NCBI GenBank assembly: GCA_963715515.1
Contig: OY970249.1
Span: 3,007,080 to 3,071,079, forward strand
Direction: 5' to 3'
DNA from: an uncultured Solirubrobacterales bacterium
GTDB taxonomy: Bacteria > Actinomycetota > Thermoleophilia > Solirubrobacterales > Solirubrobacteraceae
DNA: 64,000 nucleotides
Shown: positions 8,855-19,550 of the stretch, piece after piece
How positions within the stretch are numbered: position 1 is the stretch's first letter
Layout: every line of letters begins with the position of its first letter
Program-made: the position numbers and the translations under genes
The notes under the pieces: model-generated
Database searches by the model: none
Seen by the model: only the letters and a program-made list of their open reading frames with translations
Told to the model about the DNA's origin: nothing

Positions 8855-9970
8855 ATGACCGGTTCCGTGCCGCAAGAACCCAGTTCCGTTCCGCAAGAAC
8901 AGCGCGCCGCCGCGTCGCCCGAGGCCCTGGAGCTGCCGGCGACGACGCCGAAGAAGCGCATGCTGATCATCGTCAACCCCTATGCCACGACGGTCTCCGA
9001 CGGCCTGCGCCACCTGGTCGTGCATGCTCTGGAGGGCCGCTACGAGGTCGACGCCGTGGACACGGAGGCGCGCGGTCACGCCACCACGCTGTGTCGCGAG
9101 GCGGCGCATGAGGGCTACGACGTGGTCGTGGCCTTCGGCGGCGACGGCACCGTCAACGAGGCGGCCAACGGACTGATGGGATCGCCCAACCACCCCTCCA
9201 CCACCCCGCTGACCTGTCTGCCGGGCGGCTCGGCCAATGTGTTCGGCAAGATGCTCGGCATCCCAGGCGAGCTGGTGGACGCCACCGAGCACCTGCTGGC
9301 CATGGCCGACGACTGGCAGCCCCGCAAGGTCGACATCGGCATGGTCAACGGCCGCTGCTTCACCTTTGCCTCGGGCCTCGGCCTCGATGCCAGCGTGGTG
9401 GCGCGCGTGGACTCCAATCCGCATCTGAAGGCCCGCTATGGGCCCTATTACTTCACGTGGGCCGCCATCAGCACCTTCGTTCGCCGCTACCTGCTGCGCC
9501 CGCCGCGCCTGGTGGTTCATATCGCGCCCGAGTCCCTCTCCGAGGACGGCGCCGCCAAGCGCTCGCGCAAAGCCCGGCTCTGGCGCTCGCGTAAAGCCAG
9601 CGGTGGAGCGGCGGACGGCACGCTGCACGGCGTCACGGCCGTGGTGCAGAACGGCTCGCCCTTCACCTACTTCCAGAACCGCCCGATCGAGATCGCCGAG
9701 GACGCGACGCTCGACTCAGGCACGCTGTCCGGCGCCGTCCTGCACCGCGCGAGGCCCCTCGACATGCCCTTCATCGCTTGGCGCGCCTTCTCCAAACGCG
9801 CCCGCCTGGCCCGCCACCGTCAGATCACGCCCGTTTGCGGCGTCACCGAGCTGACCGTCGAAAGCGCCGACGGCAAGCCGCTGCCGCTGCAGGTCGACGG
9901 CGACTACCTTGGCGAGGTGCAGCGGGCCCACTACTCGATCGTGCCGCAGGCCCTGACCGTCGTGTCCTAA
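8855..9970 (+). CDS. Diacylglycerol kinase-family lipid kinase
   Basis: IVNP, GGDGTVNE, LPGGSANVF, GLGLDA, QVDGD motifs. Confidence 0.92.
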   Translation: MTGSVPQEPSSVPQEQRAAASPEALELPATTPKKRMLIIVNPYATTVSDGLRHLVVHALEGRYEVDAVDTEARGHATTLCREAAHEGYDVVVAFGGDGTVNEAANGLMGSPNHPSTTPLTCLPGGSANVFGKMLGIPGELVDATEHLLAMADDWQPRKVDIGMVNGRCFTFASGLGLDASVVARVDSNPHLKARYGPYYFTWAAISTFVRRYLLRPPRLVVHIAPESLSEDGAAKRSRKARLWRSRKASGGAADGTLHGVTAVVQNGSPFTYFQNRPIEIAEDATLDSGTLSGAVLHRARPLDMPFIAWRAFSKRARLARHRQITPVCGVTELTVESADGKPLPLQVDGDYLGEVQRAHYSIVPQALTVVS

Positions 9971-10019
9971 CGCCTCCGCGTCACCCTAGCCCGCCTGACC
10001 GTCGTGTCCTAGCCCGCCC
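9953..10019. repeat. Duplicated convergent gene junction (kinase 3' end and rel 3' end)
   Basis: CTGACCGTCGTGTCCTA occurs twice and CCTAGCCCGCC occurs twice. Confidence 0.8.
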
Positions 10020-12324
10020 CCGGCGTGACTCGGTAGGCGTCGAACACGGACTCGGTGTTGCGCAGACGGTTGATGGCGCCCTTCAGCGAGTGCGTGTCGG
10101 CGACCTCCACCACGAAACGGTTCTTGACCATCGGTGGGTTGGAAAGGCAGCGCGCCTCGATGATGTTGGCCCCCGACTCCGAGAAGACGCGCGACAGGTC
10201 CTCAAGCAGGCGGTGGCGATCCCAGGCATCGACCTGGATCTCCACGATGAAGGTCGTGGCCTGCTCGCCCTCCCAGAAGACATCGGTGAAGCGCTCGGGG
10301 TTCTTGCGCAGCAGCTGCGTATTGGGGCAGTCCTCGCGGTGGATCGTGATGCCTCGGCCCAGCGAGATATAGCCCACGATCGGGTCGCCGGGAACCGGAC
10401 GGCAGCACTTGGCCAGGCGCAGCATCACGTCTTCGACTCCCTGCACGCGGATCCCGTACTGGCCGGAGGAGCTGGTGGGCCGCCGTCGCAGACGTCCCAC
10501 CTTCAACAGATCCGCTGCGGCCGTGGCCTCGCCGTCGGCGGCCTCGCCCTGCTTGAGGCGCTGCATGATCTTGTTGACCACGACCTTCGGCGAGACCTTG
10601 GCAGCGCCCAGAGCGATATAGAAGTCGTCCGCCTTGCGGTAGCCCATTTCGCGGATCACGTCGGCCAGCAGCGCCGAGCCGGTGATCTTCTGCGCGGGCA
10701 GCCCCAGCTTCTTGAGGTTGTCCTGCAGCACCTCGCGGCCGGTGTGCTCGGTGTCCTGGCGCGACTCGGCCTTGAACCAGGCCTTGATCTTGTTGCGCGC
10801 GCGCGTGGTCTTGACCATCGCTAGCCAGTCGCGCGACGGGCCGCGCTCGCGCTTGGCCGTGAGGATCTCTACGATGTCGCCGCTGCGCAGCTCGTAGTGC
10901 AGCGGGACGATCTTGCCGTTCACGCGCGCACCCACACAGCGGTGGCCGATTTCGGTGTGCACCTCATAGGCGAAGTCCAGCGGCGTGGCGCCGGCAGCGA
11001 GCGACTTGACCTCGCCCTTGGGAGTGAAGACATAGACCTCGTCCTCGAACAGGTCGATCTTCAGGCTCTCCATGAACTCCTGCGGGTCCGACAGCTCTTT
11101 CTGCCAGTCCATCATCGTGCGCAGCCACTTCGGCCTGCCCTCCTCGTCGGCCGGCTGCTCCGTGGATGCCGGGGCTGCGCCTCGCTGCTTGTACATCCAG
11201 TGCGCCGCCACTCCGAACTCCGCCATCTCGTGCATCTCGTGCGTACGGATCTGGATCTCCAGGGGGCGGCCCTCGGGCCCGATGATCGTCGTGTGCAGCG
11301 ACTGGTACATGTTGAACTTGGGCATCGCGATGAAGTCCTTGAAGCGCCCAGGCAGCGGCTTCCACAGCGAGTGGATCACGCCGACGGCGCCGTAGCAGTC
11401 CTTCACCGAGTCGACGATCACGCGCATCGCCGTGAGGTCGTAGATCTCGTTGAACTCGCGGCCCTTCTTGGTCATCTTCGAATAGATCGAGTAGAAGTGC
11501 TTGGCGCGGCCGGCTATCTGCGCCTGAATGCCGAGCTTGCCGAGCTCGGAGCGCAGGTAGTCTCCAGCCTCCGAGACGTAACGCTCACGATCGTTGCGCT
11601 GCTGAGCCACCAGTCCCTTGATCTCCTGGTACTTGCGGGGGTGCAGCGTTGCGAAGGCCAGATCCTCAAGCTCCCACTTGATCGCGTGGATGCCCAGGCG
11701 GTGCGCGATCGGCGCGTAGATCTCAAGCGTCTCCTTGGCCTTGTCGATCTGCTTCTGCTTGGCCATCGCGTCGATCGTGCGCATGTTGTGCAGGCGGTCG
11801 GCCAGCTTGATCAGAATGACCCGCACATCGGTGGCCATCGCCACCATCATCTTGCGGTAGTTCTCCGCCTGCGCCTCGTCGCGCGACTGGAAGACGATCC
11901 CTGTCAGCTTGGTCACGCCGTCGACGATCGCTGCGATCTCCTCGCCGAAGCGCTCTCTGACCTCCTCGATCGACGCCGAGGTGTCCTCCACGGTGTCGTG
12001 CAAGAGCGCCGCGCAGAGCGTCTCGGTGTCCAATCTCATTCCGGCGCAGATGCGTGCCACGCCGACCGGGTGGACGATGAAGTCCTCGCCCGACTTACGC
12101 CGCTGCGCGGCGTGGTGCTCGCAGGCGAACACGAACGCCTCTTCCACCCGCGCGTGGTCGATCTCCACGGCGGAGTCGGCGGCGTGCTCGGAGACGATCG
12201 CGAACAGGTCCCCCAGCAACCTGCGCTCGAACTCGTTCAGCTCAGCACGGGCCGCCGGGCGGCTCACCTCGAGTTCGCCGACTCCTGCTGTTCGAGAAGA
12301 CTCTCGATCCCCGGAAGTTGCCAT
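10009..12324 (-). CDS. relA: Bifunctional (p)ppGpp synthetase/hydrolase Rel
   Basis: HD motif LLHDTVED, KLADRLHN, GRFKDFI, YQSLHTT, TGS domain, AKCCRP, ACT domain. Confidence 0.97.
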   Translation of the reverse strand: MATSGDRESSRTAGVGELEVSRPAARAELNEFERRLLGDLFAIVSEHAADSAVEIDHARVEEAFVFACEHHAAQRRKSGEDFIVHPVGVARICAGMRLDTETLCAALLHDTVEDTSASIEEVRERFGEEIAAIVDGVTKLTGIVFQSRDEAQAENYRKMMVAMATDVRVILIKLADRLHNMRTIDAMAKQKQIDKAKETLEIYAPIAHRLGIHAIKWELEDLAFATLHPRKYQEIKGLVAQQRNDRERYVSEAGDYLRSELGKLGIQAQIAGRAKHFYSIYSKMTKKGREFNEIYDLTAMRVIVDSVKDCYGAVGVIHSLWKPLPGRFKDFIAMPKFNMYQSLHTTIIGPEGRPLEIQIRTHEMHEMAEFGVAAHWMYKQRGAAPASTEQPADEEGRPKWLRTMMDWQKELSDPQEFMESLKIDLFEDEVYVFTPKGEVKSLAAGATPLDFAYEVHTEIGHRCVGARVNGKIVPLHYELRSGDIVEILTAKRERGPSRDWLAMVKTTRARNKIKAWFKAESRQDTEHTGREVLQDNLKKLGLPAQKITGSALLADVIREMGYRKADDFYIALGAAKVSPKVVVNKIMQRLKQGEAADGEATAAADLLKVGRLRRRPTSSSGQYGIRVQGVEDVMLRLAKCCRPVPGDPIVGYISLGRGITIHREDCPNTQLLRKNPERFTDVFWEGEQATTFIVEIQVDAWDRHRLLEDLSRVFSESGANIIEARCLSNPPMVKNRFVVEVADTHSLKGAINRLRNTESVFDAYRVTPGAG

Positions 12325-14043
12325 TGCTTAAGAGTAGGGGACGCGCGAACAGCTCCCGGTTGCGCGTGACGCAGCACCAGGCGTGGCTCACTGACGCCTT
12401 TCCACTCGTTGACCTCCAGCGTGAAGGTGGCGTCGGCCGGGGCGTCCTCGGCGACCGGCAGTCGTCCGCCGTTGCCGAAGGCCACCGCGCGCGCACGGGC
12501 GCCATCGCCGGCGAGCACCGTGAAGCGCAGATGCCGGCCTTCGCCCATCGGGCGGCGGTCGGTGAGCACGGCGTCGCGCACCAGCAGCGACACCGTGGGA
12601 TTGGCGGCGCCGAAGGGCGCCAGCGTCTGCAGCTCCTCGGCCAGTGTCATGCCCAGCTCGTGACCTTCGAGCACGGCGTTGACGCGCTCGCTGCGCACGA
12701 ACTGCTCGGTGCCCAATGCCTGCCGGGCGTGGGCGGAAAAGGCCTCCCTGAAGTCCGCCAGGCGAGAGCGCTCGATCTGAAGACCCGCCGCCGCGCGGTG
12801 GCCGCCGTGGCGCCCAAGGTGCGCTGCACAGGCCTGCAGGGCGCCGAGCAGGTCAAAGCCCTCGATGCTGCGTCCCGAGCCGCGGCCCTCATCGCCATCC
12901 AGCGCGATCATCACCACCGGGCGGTTGTGACGCTCGGCCAGACGCGAGGCGACGATGCCGATCACCCCGGCGTGCCAGCCCTCGCCCGCCAGGACATACG
13001 CCGGGCTCTCACCGAGCGCAGCGACCTGAGCCTCGGCCTCGAACAGGATGCGTGTCTCGGTGTGCCGGCGCTCCTGGTTTGCCCGGTCGAGCTCCTGCGC
13101 GATTTGTTGCGCGCGCGCGGGATCCTCGGTCAGGATCAACTCAAGCCCGGCGTCCGCTCGATAAAGGCGCCCGGCGGCGTTCAGGCGCGGCGCCAACGCG
13201 AAGCCCACAGCTCGCTCCCCCACGCCACTCGGATCGACCTTCGCGACGGCCATCAGCGCCCGCAAGCCCGGCTTGGCGGTGCTCGCGAGAGCCCGCAGAC
13301 CACGACTGACGAGCGTGCGGTTCTCACCGACGAGCGGCACGACGTCGGCGATCGTCGCCAACGCCACCAGATCGAGGTCGTCCTGCACGCGATAGCCGCC
13401 CGGCTGACGGCTGGCGGCCTCCCACAGCCCCTGTGCCAGCTTGTAGGCGACGGCGGTGGCGCAGAGGTCGGCGCACGGATAGCCGCAGACTCGTGGATGC
13501 ACTATCGGCGCCTGCGGCAGCTGTCCGTCGGGGCGTGGCGCGTGATGGTCGCTGACGACCACCTCGATGCCGAGCGCACGCGCCGTCGCGATCTCCTCCA
13601 CGGCTGTGATGGCGCAGTCGGCGGTCACCAACAGCCGTGTCCCTCTTGCTGCCAAGCGCTGCACGGTCGTCACGTTCAACCCGTACCCGTCGCCGGCACG
13701 GTCGGGCAGATACCAATCGACATCCGCCCCCAGCGCCCGCAGGACGCGCACGAGAATGGCCGTCGAGCAGATCCCGTTGAACGTCGTAGTCGCCGTGGAT
13801 CGTGATCCGCTCCCCGCTTCGCACGTGGTGCAGGATCGTCTGCAGCGCCTCGTCGATCCCGGCAAACGCGCTGGGTGGGTGCTCCTCCTCAGCGGCCAGA
13901 AAGGCCTGTGCCGCGACTGGGTCGCCGAGACCGCGGCGCACCAGCACCTGCGCCATCGCCGCGCTTACCCCTAGCTTGCGCTCCAAGCGCACGACATCCT
14001 CCTCGGCGCAGGCGGCGATCTGAAAGCTGCGGACTTCCCCCAT
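12264..14043 (-). pseudogene. recJ: ssDNA exonuclease RecJ with a +1 frameshift at ~13780 (possibly an assembly error)
   Basis: The first frame reaches HGDYDV, the second frame continues GICSTAI..DGYG..SDHH..ATIADVVPL..PRLNAAGR..GSGRS..GGHRAAAG. Sequence GAC GTTCAAC GGG stands where GAC GTC GAC GGG (DVDG) is expected. Confidence 0.9.
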
Positions 14044-14103
14044 GCCGAGCACACTACGGGCCGGTCGGGACGGAACGAGCAGCGGTCCGGCCGCTACGGG
14101 ACC

Positions 14104-14391
14104 TCAGCCCGCGGGCAGCTCCGGTCGTGCCTTGGCGCCTTCGCGCCGGATGCCCTCGAGGTAGACAGCGGCGATCCCCAGCACGGCCCCCGGTACCGCG
14201 TAGAGCACGACCACGATGTCGGTTGCCTTTTCGCCCGGTATGTGAAAACCGGAGATGATGAAGCCGACCACGATGGCGCCCAGGAGCGAGCCTACGAAGG
14301 CCCCCACGATCCCGCCCCAGAAACGGTTGGGCATGAAGATCGTGTAGTGCCAGATCGCCAAACCCATCATCACCCAGCCGAGGAGTCCCAT
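14104..14391 (-). CDS. Small hypothetical membrane protein
   Basis: 95 aa, about 3 TM helices, TGATG-coupled to secDF. Confidence 0.75.
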   Translation of the reverse strand: MGLLGWVMMGLAIWHYTIFMPNRFWGGIVGAFVGSLLGAIVVGFIISGFHIPGEKATDIVVVLYAVPGAVLGIAAVYLEGIRREGAKARPELPAG

Positions 14392-17339
14392 CAGTGGCTC
14401 CTTCCGTGCTTGCGATTGCGCGGCTTGCGCGTGCGGGTCTTGCGCGAGCCTTCGCCCGGCATCACTACGTCCTCGGGCGCGAGGTCGGCGGTTGGGTCCT
14501 GGCCGTTGGTGTCATCGGCGCCGTTGCGCTCGATGTCGAGGTCGGCCACCATCGCCTCGAACTCTTCCTTGGAGACCTGCTCGCCGGGCTCCTCGGCGGT
14601 GAGCAGACTGCCGCGGCGCGAGCGCCGGGCGGCCTTGGCGCTCGGAACCGGTTCGCCCTCCAGCGCCTCACCCGTCAGCGAGGTGGCATAGGCCGGCACG
14701 TAGCCCAACTCGCGTGCTATGCGCAGACGCCGGTTGCGGTAGGTGCCCTCGCGCTCCTTCCAGTGGGTGAGCACGGGCGAGGCGATGAAGATCGAGGAGT
14801 ATGCGCCGGAGGCCACGCCCACCATCAGCGCAAAGGCGAAGTCTTTGAGCGTTTCGCCTCCGAAGAACAGCAGCGCGAGGATCGGCAGAAGCGTGCAGAA
14901 GGAGGTCGCGAGCGAACGGGTCAGCACCTCGGACATGGAGCGGTTGACGATCTGCGAGAAGGCCGCGCGCGGCATCCTGGGGACGTTCTCGCGCACACGA
15001 TCGAAGACGATGATCGTGTCATACAGCGAATAGCCCAAGATCGTCAGCAGCGCGGCGACCGTCGAGGTGGTGACCTGCCGCCCGGTGAGCGAATAGACGC
15101 CGGCGGTTATCAACAGGTCGTGCATCAACGCGATGAGCACCGGAATCGCGTACTTCCACTCGAAGCGCAGCGCGATATAGGCGGAGATCACCAGCAGCGA
15201 GGCGATGATGGCGATGATCGCGCTGTTGGCGACGGTCTTGCCGAAGGTCGGCCCGATCGAGGTGTCGGAGGTGTTGCGCAGGCCGTAGGCGGTATTCAGC
15301 GCGGCCTCGGCTTTGACGACTTCTTCCTGCTTGAGCGTCTTGGTGGAGATCTGGAAGCCGTTGGCGCCGATGGCTTTGTTGTTGAGCTTCTGCACCTCGA
15401 CGTTGCCGAAGCCGGCGCTGCTCAGGGTCGAGCGGATCTGGTCCTCGGTGACCGGCTTGACTATGCCCGTCTCGATGCGCGTACCGGACTTGAAGTCAAT
15501 GCCGAGGTTGATTCCCTTGCCGCCGATCGCCAGCGCGCCGATCAGCAGGATCGTGCCGGACAGCGAGAAGAACCACTTCGAGGCGCCCATGAAGTCGAAC
15601 GTCCAGCGCCGCGTGCGTTTGGAGGCGCCCAGCATCGCCGGATGGGAGACGGCGCGCGAACGGCCCATTGCGCCGAGCGCCGCCTGCGTGGCGAGCACGG
15701 CGGTGAACAGCGTCAGCAGCGTGCCGATGCCCAGCGTGAAGGCGAAGCCCTTGACCTCGGAGGTGGCCAGCGCGAACAGGATGAAGGCCGTCATGAACGT
15801 CACCACGTTGGCGTTGACGATCGCCGCGAAGCCGCGCCGATAGCCGGTGACGATCCCCGCGGTGACCGAGCGCCCGCCGCGGATCTCCTCCTTGACGCGC
15901 TCGAAGATCACGATGTTCGCGTCGGCCGCGATGCCGATTGTTAGGATCAGCCCGGCGATGCCCGGCAGCGTGAGCGTGATCGGGATCAGCTTGATCAGCG
16001 CGAAGAAATAGAGGCCATAGATGAACAGCCCGCCGACCGCTATAACCCCGAGCACGCGGTAGAAGATCAGCAGGAACAGACACACGAGAGCCAGCCCGAC
16101 GAGCATCGCCAGCAGGCCCTGTTCCAACGCCTGCTTGCCGAGCGTGGCCGAGACCTGCGACTGGGAGATCAGTTCCAGCTTGATCGGCAGCGCGCCGGAC
16201 TGAAGCTCGTCGGCGAGGTTCTGAGCGGAGGTGAGCGTAAAGCCGCCGCTGATCTGCGCGCCGTTGGTCGCGTCGATGCCTTCGGGGTACTGCCTGTAGT
16301 CGATCGAGGGAGCGCTGAGAATCTGGTTGTCGAGCACCACCGCGAAGTGCTGCAGCGTCGCGCCCTGGCCGGGCAGCGCAGCATTCTGGCCGCGCTGGGC
16401 GATTTCGCGCGTGACCTGCTGGAAGATCTTCCCGCCGCTGGAGCTGAAGCCGAAGGTGACGTCGGGCCCGCCGCTTGAGCCCGCGCCGCTTTCGACGCTC
16501 TGCGTCGGATGGGTGATGTCATCACCGCGCAGCACCGGGTTATCGTTGAGCACGTACCAGCTTTCCGGTTCGGCGACGATCACCTTGCCGTTGCTGTCGG
16601 TTTCGGGCGTCGCCCGTGCCAATACCGTGCCGGGGTTGACGCGCACCGCTTTCAGCTTGGCGCCCGCCGGGAACTTGGGATTGTCGGAGTAGAGGTTTTC
16701 GTAGGTGTCCTCGGGGCCGCGTAGGACCTTCTTGTGGGCGGTGTCGAGTAGATACCACTGCCCGTAGATGCAGCCCCCCACCTGCTTCGCCGTGCAGCCG
16801 GGCGCCATCGTCGTGTTGTTCTTGCGCAGGATCGGCGGGCGCTTGATGGCGCGCAGCACCGCCTGGTACTCAGGGATGCCGGTGGTCGCCCCACCGGGGT
16901 TACTACCCCCGGTGACCGTGGGTTCGTTGGGGCCGGCGGGTTTGCCGTTCGGCCCGATCACGTTGGGCTCCCAGTCGTAGAAGAAGAGCTGGGCGGTCTT
17001 GCCCACCTGCTCCTGAGCGCGCGCGGCGTTGCTGACGTCGGGCAGCGCCACGTCGATCTGGTTGGAGCCCGTGCGCTGGACTTCCGGCTCGGCCACGCCG
17101 AGCTGGTTGATGCGCTTTTCCATGATGTTGATCGCCCGGTCGAGCGATTCGGTGGTGACCTGGGACTGGGCGGTGGCCTTGGCCAGGTAGGTCAGCTCGA
17201 CGCCGCCCTTCAGGTCAAGGCCGAGGCGGGTCGGCTTGGGCTTGACCTTCCCCGGAATCCCGACGACCACGTACAGCGACACGAGCACCAGCCCGAAGAC
17301 GATGGCTAGCACGAAAGCATTGCGGCGGCGGTCGGTCAT
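14391..17339 (-). CDS. secDF: Fused protein translocase subunit SecDF
   Basis: LGLDLKGG, LQSGALP, ADANIVIFERVKEE, LGIDFKSG, GYSLYDTIIVFDRVRE motifs. Confidence 0.96.
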   Translation of the reverse strand: MTDRRRNAFVLAIVFGLVLVSLYVVVGIPGKVKPKPTRLGLDLKGGVELTYLAKATAQSQVTTESLDRAINIMEKRINQLGVAEPEVQRTGSNQIDVALPDVSNAARAQEQVGKTAQLFFYDWEPNVIGPNGKPAGPNEPTVTGGSNPGGATTGIPEYQAVLRAIKRPPILRKNNTTMAPGCTAKQVGGCIYGQWYLLDTAHKKVLRGPEDTYENLYSDNPKFPAGAKLKAVRVNPGTVLARATPETDSNGKVIVAEPESWYVLNDNPVLRGDDITHPTQSVESGAGSSGGPDVTFGFSSSGGKIFQQVTREIAQRGQNAALPGQGATLQHFAVVLDNQILSAPSIDYRQYPEGIDATNGAQISGGFTLTSAQNLADELQSGALPIKLELISQSQVSATLGKQALEQGLLAMLVGLALVCLFLLIFYRVLGVIAVGGLFIYGLYFFALIKLIPITLTLPGIAGLILTIGIAADANIVIFERVKEEIRGGRSVTAGIVTGYRRGFAAIVNANVVTFMTAFILFALATSEVKGFAFTLGIGTLLTLFTAVLATQAALGAMGRSRAVSHPAMLGASKRTRRWTFDFMGASKWFFSLSGTILLIGALAIGGKGINLGIDFKSGTRIETGIVKPVTEDQIRSTLSSAGFGNVEVQKLNNKAIGANGFQISTKTLKQEEVVKAEAALNTAYGLRNTSDTSIGPTFGKTVANSAIIAIIASLLVISAYIALRFEWKYAIPVLIALMHDLLITAGVYSLTGRQVTTSTVAALLTILGYSLYDTIIVFDRVRENVPRMPRAAFSQIVNRSMSEVLTRSLATSFCTLLPILALLFFGGETLKDFAFALMVGVASGAYSSIFIASPVLTHWKEREGTYRNRRLRIARELGYVPAYATSLTGEALEGEPVPSAKAARRSRRGSLLTAEEPGEQVSKEEFEAMVADLDIERNGADDTNGQDPTADLAPEDVVMPGEGSRKTRTRKPRNRKHGRSH

Positions 17340-17374
17340 GGCGTGGACAGAGGTCCCATGGCGGAGTCTTCAGA

Positions 17375-17824
17375 CTACTTGTCGGGGGTGAGCACGAGCA
17401 ACAGCCCCCCCTCGTCGTCGTAGGCGGGGAACATGTCGGCCTTGGCGGCGGCCTCGACGTCGCGCTCGCCGCTGACGCGCACGGGCTTGCCCAGCGCGCG
17501 CACGCCCCACTCGAGCACCGTCGAGACGGGATTGTCGCCGTTGGCGAAGCTCAGGCCCAGGGCCTGCTCGACGCGCTGGCCGATTACGGCCTCCTCCTCC
17601 AGGCCGGTGAAGGCAAAGGAGTTCTTGCCGCAGCCGATCACGCGACCCTCGTGGTCGCACACGAAGAAGGCGGCGTCGGGCGCCGGGTAGTAGTCGTCGA
17701 GCAGCTCGAACAGAAAGGCGAAGCCGCACTTGGCGCAGCCCTTGGGTTGGCGGGTGAAGCCGATATTGCGATCCAGCTCGCTGGTGCGGTGTCCGCAGTT
17801 GGGGCAGATGAAGGGATGGGCCAT
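17375..17824 (-). CDS. Zinc-ribbon + PAS-like domain protein
   Basis: CPNC...CAKC followed by AFFVCDHEGRVIG...FTGLEEEAVIGQ (PAS-like pattern). Confidence 0.7.
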   Translation of the reverse strand: MAHPFICPNCGHRTSELDRNIGFTRQPKGCAKCGFAFLFELLDDYYPAPDAAFFVCDHEGRVIGCGKNSFAFTGLEEEAVIGQRVEQALGLSFANGDNPVSTVLEWGVRALGKPVRVSGERDVEAAAKADMFPAYDDEGGLLLVLTPDK

Positions 17825-17906
17825 GCAGTCCACAGATTAGGGGAGCAGCGGAGTCGAGGCCTCCGGTCTGCCATCGACAGGCCTGAGGTCCGCGCGGCGC
17901 CGCGGA

Positions 17907-18932
17907 TCAGAACAGCGCCGGGCCGGCGGTCTCAGCCGCAGGCGGCGGCTCAAGGTCGAGATGCGCAAAAGCCGCCGGCGTGGCCTGACGCCCGCGCGGG
18001 GTGCGTTTGAGCAGGCCCTCACGCAGCAGATGCGGCTCGTAGACGTCCTCGATCGTGTCCTGCTCCTCCCCCACGACGACCGCCAGCGTGGAGAGGCCGA
18101 CGGGCCCGCCGCCGAACTTGATGCAGATCGCGCGCAGGATCTCCCGGTCGAGGCGATCCAGACCGCGGCTGTCAACCTCCAGGAGATCAAGCGCAGCCTG
18201 TGCGGTGGCGGCGCTGAGCACGCCGTCCATGCGCACCTCGGCGTAGTCGCGCACGCGCTTGAGCAGGCGGTTGGCCACGCGCGGGGTGCCGCGACTGCGC
18301 GCCGCGATGGCCTGCGCGCCGCCGTCCCTCAGAGAGATCTCGAGGATCGCGGCCGAGCGCAGGACGATCGCAGCGAGATCGTCCTGCGAGTAGGACTCAA
18401 GGCGCGCCTGGATGCCGAAGCGATCGCGCAGCGGCGTGGTCAGCAGACCGCTGCGCGTGGTGGCGCCGACCAGCGTGAAGGGCGGCAGATCGAGCGTCAC
18501 GACGCGCGCGCCGGCGCCCTGTCCGACTGTGATCGGCAGCTGGTGATCCTCCATCGCCGGATAGAAGGTCTCCTCAAGCGCACGCGGCAGCCGATGGATC
18601 TCATCGACGAAGAAAACGCTGCGCGGCTCCAGGGCGGTGAGAAAGGCCGCAATGTCTCCCTTTCGCTCCAATGCCGGGCCGGCTGTCTGCACGAAGGGGA
18701 CGTCAAGCTCGGCGGCGACGATCTGGGCAAGGGAGGTCTTGCCCAGTCCCGGTGGGCCGGCGAGCAGCAGATGATCGAGCGCGTCGCCGCGCGCAGCGGC
18801 GGCCTCGATCGCCACGGCCAGCTGCTCGCGCAGGGCGTCCTGACCGACGAAGTCCTCCAGGCGTCGCGGGCGCAGCGAGCGGTCAAGCTCCTCCTCCTCG
18901 TCGATCGCGTGGGGAGTCTGAATGCGGGTCAT
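17907..18932 (-). CDS. ruvB: Holliday junction branch migration ATPase RuvB
   Basis: LRPRRLEDFVGQ, GPPGLGKT, DEIHRL, GATTR, RGTPR motifs. Confidence 0.98.
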   Translation of the reverse strand: MTRIQTPHAIDEEEELDRSLRPRRLEDFVGQDALREQLAVAIEAAAARGDALDHLLLAGPPGLGKTSLAQIVAAELDVPFVQTAGPALERKGDIAAFLTALEPRSVFFVDEIHRLPRALEETFYPAMEDHQLPITVGQGAGARVVTLDLPPFTLVGATTRSGLLTTPLRDRFGIQARLESYSQDDLAAIVLRSAAILEISLRDGGAQAIAARSRGTPRVANRLLKRVRDYAEVRMDGVLSAATAQAALDLLEVDSRGLDRLDREILRAICIKFGGGPVGLSTLAVVVGEEQDTIEDVYEPHLLREGLLKRTPRGRQATPAAFAHLDLEPPPAAETAGPALF

Positions 18933-18938
18933 CGTCGC

Positions 18939-19550
18939 CTATGCACTGCGCGCGCTTCGCAGCGCCTGCGCGAGCAGTTCCTCGGCGCTGTCGCCCTCGA
19001 CGCCGTGCAGCAGCTCCTCTGCCTCGCCGGGCGCGTAGCCCAGCTCCACCAGACCCGCGCGCGCCAGCTCGCGCGGGTGGGTCGGCCCCGATCCTCGGCG
19101 CGCGACGATCCCCCCGGAGGGGGCGCCGGCGGCGAGAGCGCCGTCGCTTACGCCGACCTTCTCGCGCAACTCGACGATGATGCGCTCGGCCGTGCGCTTG
19201 CCGATCCCGGGGACGGCCTGGAAACGGGCTGCGTCACCGGCGGCGAGTGCGCCGAGCAGCTCGCGCGGTGGCCCGCCGGAAAGCACGGCCAGAGCGACCT
19301 TGGGTCCGACGGACTGCACGGAGAGCAGCATCAGGAACAGCTCGCGCTCGGTCTCGGAGTGAAAGCCGTAGAGCGAGAGCGCGTCGTCGCGCACGATCAG
19401 GTGGGTGTGCAGAGTGACGTCGTTGCCGACTGCGGGCGTGTGGCGCAGCGTCTCCGTGGAGACGGCCACACGGTGGCCGACGCCGCCGCAGAGGACGACG
19501 ACGTGGTCGGAGCGGCGCACCGCCACTTCACCACGCAGCAGCGCGATCAT
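18939..19550 (-). CDS. ruvA: Holliday junction branch migration protein RuvA
   Basis: MIALLRGEV..LYGF..VGPKVAL..VPGIGKRTAERI. Confidence 0.95.
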   Translation of the reverse strand: MIALLRGEVAVRRSDHVVVLCGGVGHRVAVSTETLRHTPAVGNDVTLHTHLIVRDDALSLYGFHSETERELFLMLLSVQSVGPKVALAVLSGGPPRELLGALAAGDAARFQAVPGIGKRTAERIIVELREKVGVSDGALAAGAPSGGIVARRGSGPTHPRELARAGLVELGYAPGEAEELLHGVEGDSAEELLAQALRSARSA

